A stretch of DNA of 20,000 bases from Catajapyx aquilonaris (lineage: Eukaryota): the NCBI GenBank assembly GCA_000934665.2, contig KZ537956.1:180507-200506 (forward strand). The letters are read 5' to 3'. Positions 1 to 9,894 of the stretch are shown here, piece after piece. The translations under genes were made by a program, and so were the position numbers. Position 1 is the stretch's first letter, and every line of letters begins with the position of its first letter. The notes under the pieces were generated by a model. The model did no database searches. It saw nothing but the letters and a program-made list of their open reading frames with translations, and had not been told where the DNA came from.

Positions 1-35
1 TGTTATTGGACAGGAGTTTCTGGCTATATTCCGGT

Positions 36-53
36 GGGTGGGTGGGGGGGGGG
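36..53 (+). repeat. G-rich tract, potential G-quadruplex (GGGTGGGT + G10)
   Basis: Seen directly: gggtgggtgggggggggg, which can supply four G3 runs with short loops. Confidence 0.6.
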
Positions 54-1470
54 AGGAAGATGTAAAGAAAAGAAACCCCTTCCGACCACTATCTTTTTAT
101 TGCGTCAGCCCAGAAAAGTTTCCGTATTTTTCCGGCTGCAGAATGAATGGCATGATCCCAAGTGATGCCTCCAACATAAGGCCTGGCAAAGCATTCATCG
201 AGAGATAAATGGCCAAGTAGGTATTGCAGCTGTCTGTCGGTCAAACGAATGTTCTTTCTTATCCGCAGTCAACAACACTGCGCAGTTTTTTACCCCAAAA
301 AATGTTATAATTACATAGTTCTGTAACGTGATATTACATTATGACCGCCCAGAGTTTCTGGTGCTGTGCACATACGTTTGGCATCCCCTTGATGATTACC
401 GCGAGTTCGGAGGAGGCCCTGCAAAAAAGGGATGTTCATAAAGCCGATGTCATTTACCATAGAATTTTTTTTGGTCCATCCAACTATAGCTGGGATGGTG
501 GAATCATGACAAGCTCCGGCTGAAAAATGCATGACAAATCAATAAAGGGTCCTCCTTTATTCCTGCCGTTCTCTCCAGCTCTCACCTCATCCGGACTGCG
601 AAATGACTTTGTTTACTCTCATTCCGGCCGCCCATTTCGCCCTGGCCCACTTGCCAATAACAGCATTTTTAGCGGACGCCCAGAGATACCAAATCGACCG
701 TAAAGAGTGCGAAAAGGTAACTAACACGACGGAAGATTTCTGTAACGCTGCCTCCGCGACCCATTATCGACTCTGATGACCCATAAAAAATGTCAAAACT
801 GTACTAAAAGGAGCAAAGAGAAAGGACCTTTTAAACGAAAAATCCCTTCTCAAATCTCGCTTTACCGCATTTTTATCTGTGTGTTTACGAGTTGAACAAT
901 CGCCTTTCGAGACGTCCCGGTTTTCATAAAGCATAAAGAGAAGCAAGTACTGCAATATTCACAGGGACGGCCGCCCATTTAACCGCCTCACTGCTGGCTC
1001 AGGAAAGGTTGTTAACTACTACTACCAAACTTATCCGCTTGAATCCCTAAGTAGGATCCCCCTCAAACCCCCTACCCAAAAGACGTGATCGACATTCTTG
1101 CACCCTAATCTACGTGCTTATTCCGCTCAATATTTCTCAATCCGACCTTTTTTTCTCTCGCATTTCTCCCATAAATCCACTCTTCAAGATGATGTCCTTT
1201 TCGACTTGGACAAAAAAAAATCCGGATTTTGGCAGAATTTGCATGTACCGGTACGCCCACAATGTGCTTGGAAAAAAATATTATTTGTTTCAAGTAGCTT
1301 TTTGGTTACATTTCCTGAATCGTTTTGAGCACAAAGAAACACCATGGTGTAATACAGCATGCTCCATGTTGGCCCCAGCAGCAGAGTCGATTCATCATGA
1401 GGTGTGAGTGGTTGGAGGATGCGAAATGGTCGGAACGAATGCGGCGGAGGAAATGGGCAAAAGGCAAGGA

Positions 1471-1550
1471 AGGGGGAAAAGGCAAGCCCAGAATAGGAAC
1501 GACGAAGAAGAAGGCGCCGGCGCCTCCTTCCTCTGCTGCCTTCCCCCCCT
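1471..1550. repeat. Imperfect inverted repeat centred on the 14-bp palindrome AGGCGCCGGCGCCT
   Basis: 1512-1525 is a perfect palindrome. Pairing extends over 1504-1533 with 2 mismatches. 1471-1484 (agggggaaaaggca) is complementary to 1537-1550 (tgccttccccccct) at 12/14. Confidence 0.6.
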
Positions 1551-4500
1551 CAACATCAGTTCGGGAGGAGGCTGCAACTTCACACCAATAATGCTTCGTC
1601 TTCATTTGCTCACCTCCATGCGCGAGTGAAAACACTAATCTTAAACACCCGGACCCGAGTTGGGCCAAATTACAGTCAGGGAAGGAAAAGGGTTTCCGAG
1701 AGACGTGCCCCCCCAACTGCAATGTGTCATGGTTACGTGGGGGAGGGAAAAGCAAAAGGAGTGCAAAATACGCCACTTTGCGCTATAACTTACATCTGGA
1801 CTACTATTATCCCCGGAGTTTTAAAAGTCGATACTGGCTGGCTCTGTCTGCGCGCGCAAATCTACTGGACAAAAAAAATGCACCTTCACGCTACATACAC
1901 TCGTCGCCTAAACGCGTTTTAATTAAGACGCGCCACTACTTCAATTGGGCCATTTTTTGCCCCCTAATTAAACCATAGCAAATTGGCGGTACAGAGATGC
2001 GTTTACATTGGAAATCGGCTAGAATGTTGCCCGGTGGTGCCTATGGCATGCGAGGATCCGCTTTTGGTAGATTAGAATTATTGCATGTGGAATGAGATAT
2101 TATCCTCCATGTCTAATTACCGCGGGGTGGAACCGACCGCCCTTAATGGTCCTTATTAAGTTTCAATTATCGCTCTTTCTCAAAAGACACACAATATATG
2201 GGCAAACTCTCTCCCCACAACAATACTGCAGTACTCGCACTGTATTTTTTTCTGGCACGTTGATGCCTCTCCCTGGGTTGAGCTGCGACACACGCGCCGT
2301 TTGGATGAATATTTAAATCGTTATTGAATTTGTCCCCTCTAAATGAGAGAGGCGGATCTTTCGGGGCTTATCGAGCGCCCCCAGGTCCTCTGTATGTGAC
2401 ATTCAGTTATGAGCCTCACGACTGACGCAGATTCATTACGGACGCTGACTTTTGTGCAACGCAAACCCTCTTCATCCCCATATTAAAAACTGCCACTTTG
2501 TTGCATATTCTTGCTTCATGTCGAATCCCAAAGTGAGCTCAAAAATTCGCAAATTCAAAATTCAGATATTTTGTGAAGGTGACTCCTCAGAGTCGCTCAG
2601 GGATATGGTCCTGGTTCGGGATAAACCATTTATTACGACCGGCCCGGAGCCAGGCCGTCTCACGACTCTCTACCACACCCAGACGCTGCCATCTAGCGAG
2701 GGTGGTCGCACATTTTTAACATTTCTGAAGAATTTCCCTCCCAAAAAGATTTGTATGCAAGTACGACGTAGCTGCGACCACTTGTCAACTACAATTGGTT
2801 GTTGGAGCCCCCTCGCTTCTACTCTCATCGCCCATCGCATCTGGGGTCCCAACAATTGGAGAAAACGCCTCACGTCTGCACTCTCCCCATACATACACAC
2901 ACACCCCACCATGCGCTGCCACACCCCAAATTGTTCCGGCGGCAACATTAGTGCGGACACTCGTAATGACCGCAATCACAGTCGGCGTGCCAATCAAGAG
3001 GCGGCCACCACTGTCAATCCGGCAACATCGGCGGCCGACCCGTGATGCCACAGGATTCCTAATCACCTTCCTTTTGTCCGCCCCGCCGCCTGCCAATAAT
3101 AACCCACCCACATTGTGTCAGGATAAGGCCCGCAACAATCGGCACGTCCCTTGCATGATGGTCAGCCCCACTAAATAAATTTCCAAGAGCTGCTGGCAAT
3201 GTCGTTTAGTAAACTGGACGCTTGTACAAGGTGAGTCCGAACAGCACCTCTCCTCTACACTATTTCCACCAAGAAAATACATGACATTGTATTCAGTGTT
3301 GTAAGAAATTATATGAGCAGTGTTATATGGCTATATCCGGTGCCATGTATGAACATAGATTTCCCATGCCCGGTGGGCCTCAAATCTCAATTTGCGGATC
3401 GAGTTACACCCTCCCATATTGCTTTTTAACCGTGGCTCGGTTTTTATTAATTAGTAACGAGAGACTCTCGCCGGAAGAGTCAGATAATTTCTTCTCCCAG
3501 CAATATTACTATTTTGAAACGCATCACCTCTTCGTTTCACTCCCTGGTAAATAAGCCCAGGTTTTCCTCCTCATCGGACTGTGTGAAATATTGATTCCGC
3601 CTCTTAATTTGTGGGGAAGGCTGTTAAACGGAAAAGGGGTGTGGGGGTGGAATAATGGTCGTAGCTACAAACCTTCTCCATTTCCAACCTCGCACCTGAT
3701 ACTGCAGATGTGGCTCCGGAAATCTGCTGGGAAATGTTCCACGCAACCAGTTTTGCCCCCATCAGGGAATGTTGAGGGAAAAAAATATACAGGGTTGTTT
3801 GACAACAACGGAAAACTTATTTGTGTGTGTCAAAGCCATGAAAATTTTAACATGGCATGATTTGAAATTGCATCCATATTAGCACAAATTCCGCAAAAAA
3901 ATGCAGCGTGGTACACAAGCCAGCAATCTATTTGCAAGATACTAATCCCTGAATTATGGAAGGGGTTTTTGGGAGCCCCCCAGATTCATCATGGCTGGTA
4001 ATTAATTCCGCAAACATAGCTAGGGAATAAATTAGCATATCAGAATTATATGAAAATTGCCAGATATTGGGTATTGAATTTTCAACACTTACTCCCAGCC
4101 TTTTTTTTAAACAAAAAAAAAACTGCGTTCGAAAGGGATTTTCATCTTAGGCAACTTGTCACACCTGCTACGCCATTTATCAAGCATAAACGCTCCAGCC
4201 ACCTCGCCACCTGTCAGCCAAGCAAAAAAGTACACAGACCTTAGTTGCTTCAGCTCCCAGGATAAAAAAGGGGAGGGCAGCTGCTTCCTCCCTTTTAAAT
4301 GAATAATCCCAGACATCTAATTTGAATCGGAGTCATCTTGGTCCGATGCATCTATTCACTCAATTCCCAAGCATAGATGAGTTGCGCTGTCGACCTTATT
4401 GGCAATGTAATCCTGGGAGTATACCAGTAGCAGGGGGGTAACTAAGTCTCCCCCTTCCCCTGCCCTCCACCACCCCCTACCCGTCGCTGAAAGCCCACCA

Positions 4501-4641
4501 AAATACATTATGCAATCCATTTAATTCGCCTTATTTTTTACGAGCCCATCTATCTTGCCGAGCTGGAGGGGCTAAGCCTAACGAATTGCACAGAGGCTGT
4601 CAGGTTGGAGGTTAAAATCTCCAGGGAAGCAGGGAAAATGG

Positions 4642-4664
4642 GGAGGAGGAGGAGGAGGAGGAGG
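4642..4664 (+). repeat. (GGA)7 microsatellite
   Basis: Seven consecutive gga units followed by gg. Confidence 0.9.
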
Positions 4665-5666
4665 CCGATGCTGGGAGAAGGGTACTCTTATGCACCATCT
4701 TCCTCTACATATATTCGACTATCGACTTATTTACCCTCTGCATAAATCATTCCAAGCTACTTCCTTCGCCACTCTGGCCACCGTATGACCACCCAGTATA
4801 TATCATTGGAAAAAAATCAGTGGGGCTTGATGGGATGCAAGCCCGCTGCTAAAATTCCGGCGCATTTTTAGTTCGGATAAAGGCTTCACTGAAGCAATTA
4901 GTCGAGCCAAATTAATAAAGGTAAAAAGCCGCAAAATTATTCTCCTGGATGACGCTAAAATAATTCAACAGCTGTTCCCTTATTACCCGACATGGTTTTG
5001 AAAAGGGTGGGGTAGGATTCATTTCGATTCAATTAAATTCACCCATGTAAAACGCCCGGGCCACAAAATGTACACTGTACGGTTATTTATGCTGATGCAG
5101 ACATAACACTGCCGTGCACGGACATGCGGGGTTTGGAATAGATGGACCCCCACAGAATGAATCACTTCTCATTGCAAAATAACATCCAATCATTTGTATG
5201 TCGAGCCCGTCGGATTCTATGCCAAATTGTGGCAGGCAAAATTATGCCAACAGGAAAAAATAAACAAAGTTTTACCTCAATTGTTAAATAGGCCCGGTAT
5301 TAAACTACATGTTACATTTTCCTCGAGCACTGGTTCCTAATGGCCGTTACATGCACTTCTTGCGGAATTAATTGGCAGAGGACGGTTTTTAGCAGCCAGT
5401 GTAATGATCTTTCTGGGAGAGACAATTTCCAGGGATTAGTATTCCGGCCTTGCAACATCTTTATGGATCACGCACTGAAGATGAAACTACCCTACCCACG
5501 ATCACACTTTGGACTTACCAATGAAGACCAAGGAGCTCCTTCTCCAGGAGGAGGTGACACCGCTCACATAAATATCGCCATATTAATGCACTCTTCTTAC
5601 GCGTGACTCAATTGTTCTATTTTACCGATGAAAAAAGTTATGTTCAAAACTCATGCCGACCTACGA

Positions 5667-5692
5667 GTATGTGAATATCGTATGTGAATATC
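5667..5692. repeat. 13-bp tandem duplication (GTATGTGAATATC)x2
   Basis: Exact copies at 5667-5679 and 5680-5692. Confidence 0.9.
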
Positions 5693-6120
5693 AACATCGA
5701 CTGCAATGAATCAAGGTCTGAAATAAGCCAACCCAGCATGAGAATTCCAGGGAGCTTGACTCACGAAATGCCACCCCCTGTATACCCCCTCCCCACTATC
5801 CGTGCTGCATTGATTATCCTAATTGAAGCGGATTCGGCATCCAATTCTCTTCTCGTCTCACCCCCCCAAAAGCGATTGGGATAATCGGCAAAGAACGTTG
5901 ATGAGACAGCCCAAGCCCAGCCGTTTTCTTCCCCTTAAACCCCATTACGCGCTCTGCCTGTCCAAGTACACACTTCGGCACAAGTACCCGCACGTGTAAA
6001 TCACGTTCGCTTAATGCCTAAATTGGCACCGTTGTAGCCTGATTACGTGGTGCGAATAAGGCAAGACCCGCTATGAATCAGCCTCCTTACTATATAGTCA
6101 AATGTTCTCCGTGAATAATA

Positions 6121-6141
6121 TATTTATTCGTCGAATAAATA
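6121..6141. repeat. AT-rich inverted repeat, 10-bp arms with 1-nt spacer
   Basis: tatttattcg-t-cgaataaata; the arms are exact reverse complements. Confidence 0.85.
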
Positions 6142-8540
6142 CATTTGCGAAAATGCGAGAAATTTGCTAATGTGGGTGCATGATGGAGTGGAGAACGGAG
6201 GTTAATGCAATAAAATAATGCAAGTGCATGACCTACTCCGGAGCAGAAGACACCCTTGAGAGGACAGGGTCGTATGAAATGGGATATCATGACCCGCCCA
6301 TATTATTTTGCTCCCCGCCTCGCAGCAGAAACGATGAATTTCTCCCCGGTAAATGGATGATGCTCACGCGAATACTTTGGGACCTTGTTTCATTTTCTTA
6401 ACGTGATGCTCCGCTGGCCAGAGGCAATCCATCCTTTGAAAGGTGCAGTGCAGTGTACCAAGGAGGAATAAAACTTGGATGTGCAACCCATCACATGTTC
6501 TGAGATGAATATGCGGCGCTTCTGGACCCTTCAGTTATACGTGTTTCTCTCCCTTTCCTGCACGTCATCATGTCATGACCTGCGCTTGATTGAATCCGAA
6601 CAAAAGGTCCGTCTTGGATGGACCAAATCAATGGGACGATTCTCCTCTCCCCCTCCCCCTCACAACTCAAATAGAGAAATGTGACGCATCCGGGTCGTCT
6701 TCATGAATATCAATCAGGATCCACTTGACCTTCCAATTCGGTTCGTCGTATAACCTACTCATATGCTGTAATCTCCAAGCTCGCTTTCTAGAATTATCCG
6801 AATGAATAAAACCGTTATTAGTAAGTACAACTGGCCCATTCTTGTGTGTTATGTACCACTTTTACAACAAAAGTGAGATCGTTTGTGTGTACAGGATGGC
6901 TTTTAAGTAGGATTGTAACACGATCCAATTTTTCTGACTGATGTAACGGCATAAGCCTCTCTACTTTTCATCAGATTTACTCTTGCACTGTATGAAATAG
7001 ACACGATTAATACGCCTTGGCACTAGACAGTATATCCTGACACTCTAAAACCATACCCATGAAGCCGGCCCTGCTACACGTGAGAGTCTAATTAACGGCC
7101 TAAATTTGGTCAGCGACTGTGCAACAAAGCCGCAATGAAACATAACACACAGGCCCAGAACATATATCATGTATCACGCCCAATTTGTGTCAACCTATCA
7201 AGAAAAAAGTCTTCGCCGCAAATGATACGAATCACTGATTATCCCTGGTAATCCGGAAAGATCGGGACAATGGAAGCCAAATAAATTGCTGGAGACAAGT
7301 GGTTGATTCGCCTCCGCATATAGAGTCACCCGGAATTTGCTAAGAAGCGTCCTTTCAATTGACATGCGCATCATCTTTTCCCTGGGAGGCCTCTCCTTGT
7401 CCGGAAAAAAACGTCTCCTCCTTCCCCCTCTCCTCGAAAGAAAAACGCCAGGCGACGCAAATATTCATGGTGGGGATGGAAGATACGGTGGGAGGGAAGG
7501 GAGGGGGCTGGCAATGCAATTTTATTCCGTGTGCCATCAATGCCAATGTGATATGGAAGGAGAGGAATGGATGGACTGAATACAGACGGAGATTATGGCT
7601 AGGAGATGCTGCGCTTCCCTCCTTTCCTTCCCTATATAGACTATATACCTCCCCCCCCCTCCCCATCTTGATCCTTTGGGGATGCAAGCCCGGATGAGAT
7701 GAGATTGTGTGGGGCCCGGATTTACTCACGCACTATGCCCAAGAATAGAGCGGGACTTGACTCCTCAAACACACTGAAATCGTGCGCGATATTTACATGG
7801 GAGTGAAATTCTAGGGGGGAGATAAATTAAAAGTCCCGACTTGAAGACGGGACATCAAAACGTGACGACACAGAAAACAAAACTGAATAATAATCTGGCC
7901 ACTCGAGCAGGTCGCATAAATAATTCTCCGCATCCCAGCCCCAGTGTGACAAGTGAGAGCGCTGGCTGCAAGTTCCCTTAGGTGAAGGCAAAATGTAATG
8001 AATATAACTCATTCGTCACTGTGTGCAATATAATCTCCGGGGAATCGTCTCTATTTTCAAGCCCCTGGTCCTGATGTATTTATGCCTCCTCTCACTTCTA
8101 TTTACGTCTCTTCCTCGCGCATAAATTTCCCTGCCCTTATCTCCCCCTTGTTTTGTGAGGGAAACACGAAAAAGTCCGTGGAGTAATTTGTAGTCTTATT
8201 CATCCTCTGTGTCGGATTGTCATTGGTGAACGGTGGAAACCTGCCGGACAACTCTTTCTGGTTCAATGCCACCGGACGGGGGACCCTTGCTGCAACACCA
8301 CTTCTGAGAAATACCCTCTCATACTACCGTATATTTTTCACCTGTTGTCGTGCCCGGTTCTCCTTTTTTTCATTGTGGCAGAGGAGTTGTCATGTACTTT
8401 ACTCCTTGTCACACACAATTTCACAATGTCACATGTTTTTCAACGCTCCCATGCCCCGTACAAATTCTGGCCTTTTAATTAAGGGGTTGGCTGAAATATG
8501 TTGATGAACACCTGTCCGGAGTGTGGTCCACCGTGCCCTA

Positions 8541-8558
8541 CGTCCAGATCGTCCAGAT
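8541..8558. repeat. 9-bp tandem duplication (CGTCCAGAT)x2
   Basis: Exact adjacent copies. Confidence 0.8.
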
Positions 8559-8857
8559 TAGATGTGTAGCAGATTTCTGGCATAGGTATCATGTAACCGA
8601 CAAGAAAAAAATGGTGCCACTTGTTCCAATGAATTTGTGCGATTCAAAGCCATTGGAGCTCGGCCGAACGAGGATGCTGGGGAAACTGTGGCGTCATAAA
8701 GAGTGGGTGGTATGTGTGCGTTTCGTATAGTTGTAGGTGTGGGTGGTGATTACGACGCTAGTGACCCACATCCTGAACTATGCGATCGATGTCTAGGAAC
8801 ATTGACCCATTGACACGCGCGCAAGTCAACTGCTCTTTTCATTCACGACTGCATGCT

Positions 8858-8888
8858 GGGGGGCTGGGTGGTGGGTGGGGGTGGGGGG
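8858..8888 (+). repeat. G-rich tract, potential G-quadruplex
   Basis: ggggggctgggtggtgggtgggggtgggggg has five runs of 3 or more G with short loops. Confidence 0.65.
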
Positions 8889-9792
8889 ATGGTGTGAGTG
8901 AGTGAATTTAGTGTCTACGAACGTACGATGTTACGCTGTCGGAGGGTACACAATGAAGCAACTTTGGTAGTTTGGAATGCATGAAGTACCTACTCGCTAT
9001 GCATTATACCCGCGAGGTCACAACGAGTTCAGCAGCTTCACTCGCCGCTGATGCCAGGCACTGGTGTCAACTGCCGCACTTTGCACGTGGGAATTGCTCC
9101 TGTTGTCATCAGTTAAATTTGTAATCACTCATTAATAAATTTGGTAAATCGGTCACTTAGGAAAAGCAGCTGGCTTTGGAAAACACGTCTGCATATTTAT
9201 TTAAAAACAAATTCCTAGGAAATTCGACGTATAAGCATTGTGGAAGGTTGTTGGTGAGTTGGGAGTTTCGCCGGAAGATGGGGTATCGAGAAACGCACCT
9301 CGGGGAGAGGCTTGACACTTTGTCAGAATCTGATGGCAACCTCAGTCGAGGCCATGTGAATGAATATAAAATTCACGAATCCGTGCATATTTTTGCTCTT
9401 AAATTAACTCCAACTTCTCCGTTAAACAGCATCTTCTCATGCTGGACATCTCCAGCAATCTGTCTGAATCTGTGCTTCTGGTGGTGGTGACCCACCCAGC
9501 AAATAGCAGTTTCAGCTCACGCCTTTCCTAAAGTAAGTTGTGATGGCTTACGTCTTGCGATTACACGGAGGCTGAAAAGAAACGCCTGGGACCACAGCTG
9601 AGCCAAGCCACAGTAGCTGTCTTTTCACAATGCAATTACTGTTTTCTCTTTTTCTCCCCCGACACAAACTCCTTTCTGTCCCGACACAACTGCAGCCAGG
9701 AAGCCTCCTGCGCCATATTGCTCCACGGACATTGATCTTTTGATTACAACTCTTGGAGACCGCGCCTTTATACAGAAATCCACCTCCGCACG

Positions 9793-9806
9793 CTCTCTCT
9801 CTCTCT
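9793..9806. repeat. (CT)7 microsatellite
   Basis: Seen directly. Confidence 0.85.
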
Positions 9807-9865
9807 GCACTCTTCAATAAAGATAAGCTGCTTCATTCCGGATCCATTAGGAGGCTGCTGCACTG

Positions 9866-9894
9866 CAAAAATGGGCACAAAAATGGGCACAAAA
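9866..9894. repeat. 12-bp tandem duplication (CAAAAATGGGCA)x2.4
   Basis: Copies at 9866-9877 and 9878-9889, plus partial caaaa at 9890-9894. Confidence 0.9.

Noticed and set aside
1217..1254. Perfect palindromes AAAATCCGGATTTT and GTACCGGTAC (also AGCCGGCCGGCT at 11035-11046)
   Set aside because: About one 14-bp and several 10-12-bp palindromes are expected by chance in 20 kb.
1098..1978. Stack of 60-156 aa ORFs
   Set aside because: Low-complexity translations of purine/pyrimidine tracts with no homology I can recognise.
2452..3178. Longest ORF (197 aa) and overlapping ORFs on both strands
   Set aside because: TTG start, no recognisable domain, and several frames open at once in a C/G-rich stop-poor stretch; consistent with chance.
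5604..5763. AP-1 site pair (TGACTCA) 153 bp apart, echoed by a pair 155 bp apart at 15643/15798
   Set aside because: 7-mers are common, the intervening sequences are unrelated, and the similar spacing is most likely coincidence.
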